Shown: positions 15,547 through 24,682, counted from the stretch's first letter. The stretch is DNA of 32,000 nt from Candidatus Saccharimonadota bacterium (GCF_002214165.1 NZ_CP019964.1:450001-482000), one strand, 5' to 3'. Notes: generated by a model from the letters alone, not told the origin. Numbers and translations are program-made.

Positions 15547-16452
15547 TTACCATTCATTTGGACTTGGACCGGCATCTGACCTCCTGCCGGGCTTCTGCAG
15601 TCTTGGAAGGCCAAACTCGCTGACACGGTTGTGGGCAGGCAGCATGGTACAAAGTCTTTTGGCAACGCTTTCGGATTCGTCTTTGCCCATTCCTGCAATT
15701 TCAATGCCGATGCTGTTCTGGAGAATGTACCTTTCATACCTCAACCCCAAAGCAAATTCTATGCTTCTGGAATCAACAAGCGTAAAGTAAACCCCTTCCT
15801 TGCCATTCCATATATCTATTTTATTCCCATTTTTGCCAGCACCAATTACGTATATCCATGCGGCTGGAAGCTTTTTCAATATATTGATTATACCTTCTTT
15901 CTCTTCGTCGCTCCAGTTGCCTTCACGGAGCAGCACAAAGTCTATGTTGTCATCTTTTATTGGGAAACCGTTTGCGGCAAAATAAGAGCCTCTTCCAAGA
16001 ATTCCGTTAATAAGCCCGGAATCATGGAGCTCCTGGAGCTCTTTTTCGAATTGCGGCAGGTACTCCCATATTTTCCGCTTTTCCTCCAGCGCCGTACTTT
16101 CTTCGTGCTTTAGGCGTTGGATTACCCTGACTTCCATTTCTTTCGGCCCTATGACAACCATATCAGATTTTGCGCAATCATACACCCATTCCTCATAAGG
16201 CCTTGGAGGGGAAGCCGCAATAAACTGGTTCCCTGTTTCAATGGTTACGTCTTTGTCGGAATTATTAAATATATCTGGAACAATCTTGCGCGTCTTATTT
16301 CTCATGATCTCTGCTATCTGGAGGTATGCGCCCCTGTCTGCACCTTTTTCACCGTACATATAGCCCATCTCTGCTTCGGTGGGCACGGGCAGCAAATCGT
16401 CAAGCAGCCATTCAATGCCATAAAATACACGAATCCCTTCCGATCCATCCAT
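15547..16452 (-). CDS. hypothetical protein (301 aa) with a possible degenerate pol-beta nucleotidyltransferase-like core
   Basis: Residues about 138-175, 'ELQELHDSGLINGILGRGSYFAANGFPIKDDNIDFVLL', follow the helix-hG[GS]-x13-acidic-strand layout of minimal NTases but read N-I-D instead of D-x-D. AGGGG lies 8 nt upstream of ATG 16452. Confidence 0.6.
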   Translation of the reverse strand: MDGSEGIRVFYGIEWLLDDLLPVPTEAEMGYMYGEKGADRGAYLQIAEIMRNKTRKIVPDIFNNSDKDVTIETGNQFIAASPPRPYEEWVYDCAKSDMVVIGPKEMEVRVIQRLKHEESTALEEKRKIWEYLPQFEKELQELHDSGLINGILGRGSYFAANGFPIKDDNIDFVLLREGNWSDEEKEGIINILKKLPAAWIYVIGAGKNGNKIDIWNGKEGVYFTLVDSRSIEFALGLRYERYILQNSIGIEIAGMGKDESESVAKRLCTMLPAHNRVSEFGLPRLQKPGRRSDAGPSPNEW

Positions 16453-16514
16453 TCCGAAACCCCTATTTCATTATGGAGTTCATTATTTATAATGCAAGGT
16501 TATTCGCTTGCTGA

Positions 16515-17558
16515 CTACCTGTCATATTCCAGTTTCGCAAGCAGCCTTATATAGCTGTCATATCTTTCCCTTGATATAAATCCCTCTTCAACTGCCTTTT
16601 TGACCGCGCATCCAGGCTCATGGGAATGCGTGCAGTCGCTGAATTTGCAGTTTGGTGCAAACTCCGCAAACTCTGGATAGTAAAGGCGGAGGGATTCTGG
16701 ATCGAGCTCCCACAAGCCAAGTGAACGTATCCCAGGAGTGTCGATCAGCATTGTCGATTCATCAAGAAGGTGCAGCGATGAAGAGGATGTTGTATGCCTT
16801 CCCTTTCCGGATTTTTCACTCACTTCATCGGTGAAAAGTACCTCTTTATGAAGGATGCTGTTTATCAGCGATGATTTGCCAACGCCGCTGCTCCCTATCA
16901 TGACGCACCTCTTCCCTTTCAGGTATGGAAGAAGATCGCTTATGCCATCCATTGTCTTATTGGAAACCTTCACTATTGGCAAATCCGCACTTTTGTACAT
17001 TGAAAGATCCGGCGGCTTTGCTAGATCCGTCTTCGTTATGCACAGTATTGGAGCCACATTGCCATACTGGCTTATTACAAGGTACCTGTCAACCATGTTA
17101 GGATTGAAAGCCGGCTGGATCGCCGATGCGACTATAACCGCAACATCTATGTTTGCCACTATAACATGCTCCTCTGCGCCTGCCTGGGATTTCTTTGACG
17201 AGTCCGTTCTTAGCCTTGCAAGCTTTGAATGCCTTTCGGTCCTGCCTTTTATTATTGGGTTTGATTCGTTTAGTTCAAAAATTACGTTATCCCCTACCAC
17301 AAGCTGGCTGACAATCCCCTTTTGGGAGTCATCTTCCGCTATGCCCTCTATAAATTTATTATTATACAGTATCCTGTAATTTGTGGGGCTCATCTCTGCC
17401 ACTATGCCTATTTTCCCAAGCTTCTGTGCATCACCTGGACTGTAGACATTAATCTCATTTAGGTCACCTTGGCGCTTCTCATGGTGATCGCTCCTTGACC
17501 TGTTGCTGCCTTTGCCCTTGCTCTTGCGACTCTCGGCATAATCATATTCGTCCATCAT
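16515..17558 (-). CDS. rsgA: ribosome small-subunit-dependent GTPase A (RsgA/YjeQ), circularly permuted GTPase
   Basis: The G-motifs are in permuted order: G4 'CITKTDL', then G1 'GSSGVGKSSLIN', then G3 'DTPGIRS'. The Zn knuckle reads 'CKFSDCTHSHEPGCAV', with 'GRHTTSSSSL' also present. A basic low-complexity extension of about 45 aa precedes the OB domain. Confidence 0.9.
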   Translation of the reverse strand: MMDEYDYAESRKSKGKGSNRSRSDHHEKRQGDLNEINVYSPGDAQKLGKIGIVAEMSPTNYRILYNNKFIEGIAEDDSQKGIVSQLVVGDNVIFELNESNPIIKGRTERHSKLARLRTDSSKKSQAGAEEHVIVANIDVAVIVASAIQPAFNPNMVDRYLVISQYGNVAPILCITKTDLAKPPDLSMYKSADLPIVKVSNKTMDGISDLLPYLKGKRCVMIGSSGVGKSSLINSILHKEVLFTDEVSEKSGKGRHTTSSSSLHLLDESTMLIDTPGIRSLGLWELDPESLRLYYPEFAEFAPNCKFSDCTHSHEPGCAVKKAVEEGFISRERYDSYIRLLAKLEYDR

Positions 17559-17723
17559 ACTATAACTACATCAGCACGCATATTTAAGGATTCCAATTTA
17601 TTTCTCTGCTAATTCCCTGCCCATTTACAATTTGGCATGACGAACCTTTTGAATAGGTCTATCCCTGAAATGGTCATGCACCTATATAAAAAAGTATTTA
17701 AATTTTCCTTGCATATATTATTG

Positions 17724-18758
17724 ATGTATATGGATTCTAAAAAAGAGCGGAAAGATCCAGATGAAAAAGAAGCTATTCCTGAAAATCTCTTTGGCAATGG
17801 AGAGATAAGAACTGATTATAGGACAGGATTGAGGGCGGTGTTTGCGCTTTCAAGAAAGGATAGGCCTATTGACTATTTGGCCAAGGAGGTCATAGACGAC
17901 AAGGGAAAGGAGTACTGCCCATTTGAGCCTGAAAGATATGACCTCAACCGGACATTTTTCGAGATAGGCAGGCCTTGGAGGGTAAGGGTTATCTACAACA
18001 AGTATCCGCTGTTTGAATGCAACGCCCCTTATGCACGTGAGAAATGGGACATATTTGAGAGGTCTACAAATTACGGGTTCAGCTTTGTAATAATAGACTC
18101 GAGGGAGCACAAGCTGAGGTTCGAGAATTCCTCGGACCTGCAGACCAACGACCTTGCAAAAGCCGTACTTAACACGGAAAAGAAAATATATGGCCATAAT
18201 GGTATTGACTTCGTCTACCTTAACAAGAACTTCGGAAGGAAAAGCGGAGGCACCTTGTCGCATTCCCACTGGCAGACTCTAGGCTACATGAGCATGCCAG
18301 ATACGGTCAGGGCAAGAGTTGACAGGGTATTGGAATTCGAGGATACACACGGATCCTGTCTTATGGAATATGCGGCTAATAGGGAAAGTGAAAGGAAACT
18401 GCTTGAAAACAGAACATTGATCGCATTCGCGCCTTTTGCACAGCTTTATACCGGCGAATCGATAGTGATGCCTAAAAGGCATGTGAGCATGCTAAGCGAA
18501 TTGAGTACAGAGGAGATGGCGGAATTGCTTAAAGCGTGCAAAAAGATAATTGCCGCGAACAACAGGTATTTTGGAGTGCATTCCTACAATATACTTGGAT
18601 ACAGCTTGAAGAAAGAAAAGGAGTTCCATTCATACATGGAGATAGTTCCAAGGGTTTCGGATATAGGGCCAATGCAGATGGCAGGCAATTACGGGAGCAA
18701 TATAATTCCCGAGGAGTATTCAAAAGGCATAAGGAGCATATTGGGCGAAAGCGAGTGA
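17724..18758 (+). CDS. galactose-1-phosphate uridylyltransferase-like HIT-superfamily nucleotidyltransferase/phosphorylase
   Basis: 'EIRTDYRTGLRAVFALSRKDRP' matches the GalT N-terminal signature. The active-site motif 'LSHSHWQTLG' is the HxHxQ type. A second half-barrel is present ('SIVMPKRH'). The start was moved to ATG 17724, about 25-30 nt after 'cctatataaaaaag'. Confidence 0.75.
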   Translation: MYMDSKKERKDPDEKEAIPENLFGNGEIRTDYRTGLRAVFALSRKDRPIDYLAKEVIDDKGKEYCPFEPERYDLNRTFFEIGRPWRVRVIYNKYPLFECNAPYAREKWDIFERSTNYGFSFVIIDSREHKLRFENSSDLQTNDLAKAVLNTEKKIYGHNGIDFVYLNKNFGRKSGGTLSHSHWQTLGYMSMPDTVRARVDRVLEFEDTHGSCLMEYAANRESERKLLENRTLIAFAPFAQLYTGESIVMPKRHVSMLSELSTEEMAELLKACKKIIAANNRYFGVHSYNILGYSLKKEKEFHSYMEIVPRVSDIGPMQMAGNYGSNIIPEEYSKGIRSILGESE

Positions 18759-18799
18759 ACCGTAAATGAAAATAGCAATAATGGATCGCTTTGCATTTA

Positions 18800-19024
18800 T
18801 TATTTTGAATTTGCTGCCTTTATCCCGAACATGTAAGCGATTGAGCTTGTCACCCACGCAATTGTCAGCCCTACCCCAACCCCTCTAAGGTACATGCTGC
18901 TTTCCGAGTATCCTAGCAGGATGAATATCACGCTAAGTACCAGCTCAAACAGTATAAGCACGATGCTTAAGCGCTCCAGCAAGTTCCTTCTCCATTCCGG
19001 CATTATTATGCTTTCTCTATTCAT
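18800..19024 (-). CDS. small two-TM membrane protein (74 aa)
   Basis: Two hydrophobic helices: 'LSIVLILFELVLSVIFILLGY' and 'GVGVGLTIAWVTSSIAYMFGI'. Confidence 0.45.
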   Translation of the reverse strand: MNRESIIMPEWRRNLLERLSIVLILFELVLSVIFILLGYSESSMYLRGVGVGLTIAWVTSSIAYMFGIKAANSK

Positions 19025-19059
19025 GCTCTTACCTTGAGTTTATGATTAAGTGTCACTTG

Positions 19060-19212
19060 TTATTTTGAGTAGATGCTCTTTGCATGCTTCCATACATCCC
19101 ATGCAACCGCAAAAGTTATTATCTTGCTCTCAGGTCCTTTAGCGGCATCTTCAATTGTTATACCGTACTTCTCCTTCATATAGTCCAAAAACTCCTTGTC
19201 ATACTCTCCCAT
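19060..19212 (-). CDS. possible small protein (50 aa), below the ORF-track cutoff
   Basis: ATG 19212 to TAA 19062..19060 translates to MGEYDKEFLDYMKEKYGITIEDAAKGPESKIITFAVAWDVWKHAKSIYSK. The composition is protein-like, but there is no motif. Confidence 0.25.
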   Translation of the reverse strand: MGEYDKEFLDYMKEKYGITIEDAAKGPESKIITFAVAWDVWKHAKSIYSK

Positions 19213-19366
19213 AAGACAACCCTATAGTACATTTGAATGCTATATTTTAATACTGCTTACGCTCTTTTAGTTGCAGTGCTGCATAAGGACAAAGTGTTAG
19301 CCTCGCTGTTTCTGCCTTTTCTTTTAAATATCTTGACTTACATATATGATATGGTGCGGTGGTATC

Positions 19367-20293
19367 ATGTTTGACTATGAATATTGGGGGAACAACATAT
19401 TGCCCATTGATGACAATATGGCTATAGAAGAATACCTGCTTGATGAGTCTGCAAAGAAAAACGTTGCAACGGTTCGCTTCTGGAATGTCAATAAGGACTC
19501 GGTGGTTATAGGATACGGAGAATCGACAAGCAACATAAAGAGAGTTGATTCAAGCTTTGATTTCACAAGGCGCATAACCGGCGGATCCCACGTCCAATTT
19601 GACAAGAACTGCCTTGCCTATACGTTTACGGCTCCAAGGGACGGGAGCTTCAGGCATTTTGATGATATGCGCAAATATTATGCAGAAAAGATAGTGGACG
19701 CTCTATCTGATCTTGGGATAGATGACATTGTTGCCGACAACAAGGCTTCCACGATAAATGTGGATGGGAAAGTGATAGCAAGCCATGCTATGTTCTGGGG
19801 GGTGGACAGCGCACTTATACATGGGCTTATGCTCATAGACCATTATGATGTAGACAAATTATACGAAAGGATGATACTGAAGGATAGGAAGATAGGCAAG
19901 AATGTGTATAGGGAATATGATGCACTTAAATCCGCTCCTGCAGCCAAAGACCTTCTGTTTACAGATAAGACGGATGTCCCTAAGGACAGGAAGGTGGATT
20001 ATGTCAAAGAAAAGATAGTTGACAGGATACTTGAAAAAGTAACTGATGGAAGGTACGTAAAAAGAGGGATAGATGGCAGTGTGATTGGCGCTTCTAGGAG
20101 GCTTGTCTCCTCAACACACATAGGCACCCCTTGGGTAAGCAAGCGTGCCCCTCCTTATACAAGCGATATTGTAGAAGCTATACCTGGAGAAGAGCTTGCT
20201 GGGAAGCTCAAGAAGGATCTTGGCTACTGCATGTACATAGAGGTTCCTGACAAAGATTTCTCAAAGATGGTCGAACCTGCTGATGACTTATAA
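19367..20293 (+). CDS. lipoate-protein ligase A / BPL-LplA-LipB family protein
   Basis: 'RRITGGSHVQFD' corresponds to the family RRxTGGGAVxHD, and 'VDGKVIASHAMFWG' corresponds to the lysine-containing KxxGxA motif. The start is taken at M8 (MFDYEYWG). Confidence 0.7.
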   Translation: MFDYEYWGNNILPIDDNMAIEEYLLDESAKKNVATVRFWNVNKDSVVIGYGESTSNIKRVDSSFDFTRRITGGSHVQFDKNCLAYTFTAPRDGSFRHFDDMRKYYAEKIVDALSDLGIDDIVADNKASTINVDGKVIASHAMFWGVDSALIHGLMLIDHYDVDKLYERMILKDRKIGKNVYREYDALKSAPAAKDLLFTDKTDVPKDRKVDYVKEKIVDRILEKVTDGRYVKRGIDGSVIGASRRLVSSTHIGTPWVSKRAPPYTSDIVEAIPGEELAGKLKKDLGYCMYIEVPDKDFSKMVEPADDL

Positions 20294-20357
20294 ACCCTCC
20301 TTTGATTTTTGCAAGGTAAACATTTAAAATATTGAATAATACAAATTTATTGATTTT

Positions 20358-20789
20358 ATGGTAAAAAATGCTAATGGCAAATTCGTCCTTAAAGCGCTTC
20401 TTTTAACTGAAAATAATGGCAAGATATTGGTGCAGTTTGTAAGAAATGGCAAAAAAGGGCGCCTTTACCGACCTCTTGGCGGGCACGTTGAATTTGGCGA
20501 AAAGAGTGAGGGTACAATAAAAAGAGAGATCAGGGAAGAGGTTGACTCTTCTATAAAAGACTTGAAGTTCGTTGGCTTCATAGAGAACATATACAGGTCT
20601 GAGACAAGGCTTCACCACGAGATTGATTTCATATACGAGGGCAAGCTTTCAAATGAAAAATTATTCGAGAATGAGATATTTGACAGGGATGAAGACGGCA
20701 GGAAGGAAAAAGCTTACTGGATAGAAAAAAGCCTGTTTAAAGAGGAAAAAATCAAGATAGTGCCAAGAAATATTTTGAAGTATTTGTGA
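20358..20789 (+). CDS. NUDIX hydrolase
   Basis: Nudix box: 'GGHVEFGEKSEGTIKREIREEVDS' (GX5EX7REUXEEXGU). Confidence 0.85.
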   Translation: MVKNANGKFVLKALLLTENNGKILVQFVRNGKKGRLYRPLGGHVEFGEKSEGTIKREIREEVDSSIKDLKFVGFIENIYRSETRLHHEIDFIYEGKLSNEKLFENEIFDRDEDGRKEKAYWIEKSLFKEEKIKIVPRNILKYL

Positions 20790-20821
20790 TCGCTTATCAC
20801 ACTGGGCTTGAAGTATATCTT

Positions 20822-21382
20822 TTATTTGCCGTTTGATATGTCCTCCGCTATTCTTACAAAGTTTTTATTGAAAACTTCTACCCTTTCCAATACATTGTAT
20901 TCGGAAAATGCCCTGTTTTCATCTTCTAGCATCATAATGCTATGCCATCCGCCTTTTGGATCCCCTTTTTGGATGTCTGAAAATTTTATAGGGACTTTGA
21001 AAGAGTACTCCAAGTACCTTCCATCCGGGTGGGCGTATACCGCATTGATATCGAAGAAGCCCGTCCAATCTCCAACCGCCTTCATTATCTGTATCAGCCT
21101 TTCGACTGGCATTTTTCGTATAATGTAATTGGCATATGGCCCTGGTATGTTTTGGCCCAATGCATTTGCAACAACACTGTGGTCCTCTCTTATCACATCG
21201 ACAGAATTCTCCTTTGCTGCTATCAATGCAGTGTACCTTGCAACCTCCATGCTTGTATCTGCCTGTATCTCAGGATAGTCCACGTCAAGCATCTTTAGCT
21301 CTATGCCGTATTTCTCAAATGCGCTTTTCGCGGCAATTATCTTGGCTTCGTTCTTAGTTATAAGATATATTGTTTTCCCCAT
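20822..21382 (-). CDS. Ham1/ITPase-family non-canonical purine NTP pyrophosphatase
   Basis: 'IYLITKNEAK', 'YPEIQA', 'VIREDHSV' and 'ALGQNIPGPYANYI' parallel the ITPA motifs TGNxxK, PExQG, xEDT and GxPGPYxK. The start is taken at ATG 21382; the track ORF starts at TTG 21403. Confidence 0.75.
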   Translation of the reverse strand: MGKTIYLITKNEAKIIAAKSAFEKYGIELKMLDVDYPEIQADTSMEVARYTALIAAKENSVDVIREDHSVVANALGQNIPGPYANYIIRKMPVERLIQIMKAVGDWTGFFDINAVYAHPDGRYLEYSFKVPIKFSDIQKGDPKGGWHSIMMLEDENRAFSEYNVLERVEVFNKNFVRIAEDISNGK

Positions 21383-21516
21383 ACACACACCGATTACTAT
21401 CAAAACTTCAAATTTTGTTTTAAATTAACTTAATTAGTAAATTTATAATTATTTGACAAAATATATGGTAAAAACATTTATAAACTTAAATAGCTATATA
21501 ATAATAAGGCTTTATA

Positions 21517-23103
21517 ATGAGCAAGTTCAACCGTATTAGTTTAGGTATCATATTAATTTTGGTAGGCATTATTTTCATATCTGTAATCTCAAATTCCACA
21601 ACCCTGTCCATAGCAAATCCAAAAATAAGTTATGGCACTTGGACGGTAATTTCTGCAAACTCGACTAATCCTGCAAATGTTACAGAAATTGCGGTTAATG
21701 GGAAGGTTGTATCGGAATCCTTAATCCATGGGATACCTGATTATTACACCTTTTATGGTTTTGGGAGTGGCGTGTGCAACCAGACGATAAGCGCGGGCAA
21801 CTATAATATAGTCTCATTTACTGTGTCGCCTAATCAAAGTGCCAAAATCTGCTCGAACCTACCATCTTCAGCAGTCGGTGAAAATGCTTCTACTTTAAAT
21901 GTCCTTAAGGCAAAGACCAACCTCAATTTATATGTAAATAAAACTTATAACGCTTCAGTGGGAGAATCGTTCCTTTTCAATTCAAGCAGCAAGCTTAATA
22001 TACTGCCATTAGTCATATCAATAAATGGCAGGTCCGTTAATACCACTTACATAAATGCTCCATTGAAGGTGATTACCCCTTCAAGTGGATTTACCATAAA
22101 CAATAAGACTTATGACATAAATGGCACATTGAACTTGGCATTATCAAGTAATGGCAAGGACCTTTATGCGGTAAACTATTACAATACAGTATCTGAGGTT
22201 AACCTGTCCAGCGGCAAAGTAGTAGGGATATTAACAGGTTTCTATGGCCCATCCTCTATGGCTATAATAAATAATTCCTATGCCTATGTGACAAATGCAT
22301 ACGGAAATAATGTGTCTCTTGTCAATCTTGTTTCAGGATCTATTGTAAAAAATATAACCGGATTTGATTATCCTGAGGATGTAGTGATTGCACCGGGAAA
22401 TAGATATGCTTATGTGACCAACCTCATGAACAATACGATAAGCAAGATAAGCATAAGTTCAAACAAGGTTGTTGGGGGAATATCAGGCATATTTAATGGT
22501 CCTTATGACATAGCTTTTTCATCTCAGGGATACATGTTCGTTACGAACTATTACATAGGCATTGTCCAAGTTGTAAATACTACATCAGGAAAAAGCATTA
22601 CCAATTTCCCTACGAATTTCAAATTGCCCGAAGGCATAGCAATAGCCCCGGACGGTCTGATTTACGTTGCTAACGCAAATTTAAGCGAATCTAATGTTGA
22701 GTCTTACTCCGTACAATCAATACCTAACTATTTAAGTATTATGTACGAGCCCGATCCCCAAGGAATAGTTATACCAAGCAATGGTACTGTAATGTATGTG
22801 TCAAATAGAAATTCAACCATAAGTGTATTCAATATAGGCAATTACAGTTATAATGCTCTGCTTAAGCCAGGCAATTATACAATAGAACTGTCAAGCCCAG
22901 GAAATGCAAATTATACTTCGGCAAAGGTCTTTTCCAATTTCACAGTAACGGGCAAATTGGTAAATGTAACCAACACTACTGCACCTACAAGGCCTCCATC
23001 AAAACCATTGCCGTTAGAGGACCTTTACATAGTTGTTGCTATAATAGTAATCATAATAATAATTGCGATAATAGCAGTAGCGGCAAAGAAAAGAAATCCT
23101 TGA
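21517..23103 (+). CDS. cell-surface YVTN-type beta-propeller repeat protein, C-terminally membrane anchored
   Basis: The N-terminal signal/TM reads 'ISLGIILILVGIIFISVI'. Repeated units of about 40 aa read 'YAYVTNAYGNNVSLVNL', 'YAYVTNLMNNTISKISI', 'YMFVTNYYIGIVQVVN', 'LIYVANAN' and 'VMYVSNRNSTISVFNI'. The C-terminal TM 'LYIVVAIIVIIIIIAIIAVAA' is followed by KKRNP. I hand-counted about 27 N-x-S/T sequons. Confidence 0.8.
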   Translation: MSKFNRISLGIILILVGIIFISVISNSTTLSIANPKISYGTWTVISANSTNPANVTEIAVNGKVVSESLIHGIPDYYTFYGFGSGVCNQTISAGNYNIVSFTVSPNQSAKICSNLPSSAVGENASTLNVLKAKTNLNLYVNKTYNASVGESFLFNSSSKLNILPLVISINGRSVNTTYINAPLKVITPSSGFTINNKTYDINGTLNLALSSNGKDLYAVNYYNTVSEVNLSSGKVVGILTGFYGPSSMAIINNSYAYVTNAYGNNVSLVNLVSGSIVKNITGFDYPEDVVIAPGNRYAYVTNLMNNTISKISISSNKVVGGISGIFNGPYDIAFSSQGYMFVTNYYIGIVQVVNTTSGKSITNFPTNFKLPEGIAIAPDGLIYVANANLSESNVESYSVQSIPNYLSIMYEPDPQGIVIPSNGTVMYVSNRNSTISVFNIGNYSYNALLKPGNYTIELSSPGNANYTSAKVFSNFTVTGKLVNVTNTTAPTRPPSKPLPLEDLYIVVAIIVIIIIIAIIAVAAKKRNP

Positions 23104-23140
23104 TTGGCTTATAACAGTCCATTTATACTGTTTTTTTATT

Positions 23141-23497
23141 TTACCTTCTTGCTGAATATGTCTTTTTCAGAATTGCGTATGACAGGTAGATGGGGACTCC
23201 AAAAATTATAAGCACAATGTCAAATATTATCACTATTAGTATACTCTCTTTGAGGTTCTCGATTAGCTTTATTGCAATATATAGGAATGACCCTAAAAAT
23301 ACCAATGTATAAAAAATCAGAATTGCATTTGCATACCTGTATGGATTGCCGGAATCCCTTAGGTTATTCTCTGTATTTATCCGGTTGATCCTTGACTTTA
23401 AGAGATTGATCATCCGGCTTATGGCAAGTATCTCTCCTATTATAATCAAGAGCGCTATCGCCAATAGCGAAATCCCATATATTAATAAGGCTGCCAT
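23141..23497 (-). CDS. small membrane protein (118 aa)
   Basis: Three hydrophobic segments; no family recognised. Confidence 0.5.
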   Translation of the reverse strand: MAALLIYGISLLAIALLIIIGEILAISRMINLLKSRINRINTENNLRDSGNPYRYANAILIFYTLVFLGSFLYIAIKLIENLKESILIVIIFDIVLIIFGVPIYLSYAILKKTYSARR

Positions 23498-23545
23498 AAA
23501 CTCACCGCCATGCTTATTTTTAGGGAATTCCTATTTTAGGGCTTC

Positions 23546-23983
23546 TTATTTTCTATTATTCCTAGCCAATCCATTGTAGAACATCAAAAGGAATTTTCCC
23601 TGCTTGTAAATTCTTATCATATCTTCGTCTGTCAAATTATCGTTGGCAAACATAATAATCCTTTCGGACGGGATATTTATTTCATCTGCCTTTTTGATAT
23701 CGGATAACCTATTCACTTCATCTTTGCGGGCCATATCTTTCATGATTCTATATAAATCTGATAAATAAGCCATTGCTTCGTTATCAAAGACTTTCCTTAA
23801 TTCGTCTGCAAGTATTTTCCTTGACTTTGACCCTCCGTTAAACGACCGTTCCAGGTTTTCCGCAAATTCCGGATCATCTGACATTATCCTGAATACTGCC
23901 CACGAGAGGTGATCAATTTTTTTGTAATTTTCATTTATTGCAAAATCCTTTTTCCCCTTTTCAAGGTAGTTGTCAAGATACAT
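23546..23983 (-). CDS. hypothetical protein (145 aa)
   Basis: ORF-track frame with helical, charged composition and no motif. Confidence 0.5.
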   Translation of the reverse strand: MYLDNYLEKGKKDFAINENYKKIDHLSWAVFRIMSDDPEFAENLERSFNGGSKSRKILADELRKVFDNEAMAYLSDLYRIMKDMARKDEVNRLSDIKKADEINIPSERIIMFANDNLTDEDMIRIYKQGKFLLMFYNGLARNNRK

Positions 23984-24060
23984 TTAATCGCTATTTTAGC
24001 TATCTGGTGTAATATATTTAAGTTTATCCTGCAAGATTATTAATAAGCAAAGTTGATATT

Positions 24061-24657
24061 ATGGCAGACGTTGAAAAGAAGAAGAATTCAGATTCTAAGA
24101 TTAACGACAGAAACAAAAGTTTGCTGAGAACCCATTACACTGTTGATGACAATAAAAGGTCCGCTGATTTGGCCAATTCAATTTACAAACTTTATTTAAA
24201 CGGAGACTTTGGTATTGCAGAAGCAATTTCCAGTTATATGCTAAAGCTTGACTATCTGGATAGGAAAAGAGACTTCGGCTACCTTTTCGAGAAATCAATA
24301 AAAAGCGTAGGGGACGAAGAGTTCTCCAAGTTCATTGAGAAGGTAAAAAGAAAGAGGAGAGGAGAAGCGCTTGTAGAAGATAGCGTGCTATCCATACGTT
24401 ATAACAAATCCTCTGAAGGCGTTAATTTATCTGTTTTCCTCGGCAACCTTCCTATAATGGAAAGGGTTGATAAGGAGACATGGAATGTGCATTCTCATTC
24501 TGCCGAAAATTTCTGGTACCAGGTAAAGTTTAAAGACGGCCGGGCAGTGTGCCCCTGTGATGACTTCAAGTACCGATCCTCTAAATTTGGAGGTAAATGC
24601 AAGCACATTTATGAAGTTGAAGCCGCTATTAGGATGCTTGTCCTCGCTTTAGAATAA
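24061..24657 (+). CDS. SWIM zinc-finger protein
   Basis: The C-terminal 'CPCDDFKYRSSKFGGKCKHIYEV' fits the SWIM pattern CxCx(n)CxH. Confidence 0.7.
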   Translation: MADVEKKKNSDSKINDRNKSLLRTHYTVDDNKRSADLANSIYKLYLNGDFGIAEAISSYMLKLDYLDRKRDFGYLFEKSIKSVGDEEFSKFIEKVKRKRRGEALVEDSVLSIRYNKSSEGVNLSVFLGNLPIMERVDKETWNVHSHSAENFWYQVKFKDGRAVCPCDDFKYRSSKFGGKCKHIYEVEAAIRMLVLALE

Positions 24658-24682
24658 ATGTGCCCTATACCCAAATGATACG

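Noticed and set aside
15129-17379. A chain of long plus-strand ORFs (164, 160, 145 and 174 aa) opposite the 362-aa, 301-aa and rsgA genes.
   Set aside because: They are exact antisense shadows of well-supported minus-strand genes. Their translations are Ser/Leu/Phe/Ile/Pro-rich with no motifs. RsgA on the opposite strand has unmistakable motifs, so these are frame artefacts of codon bias.
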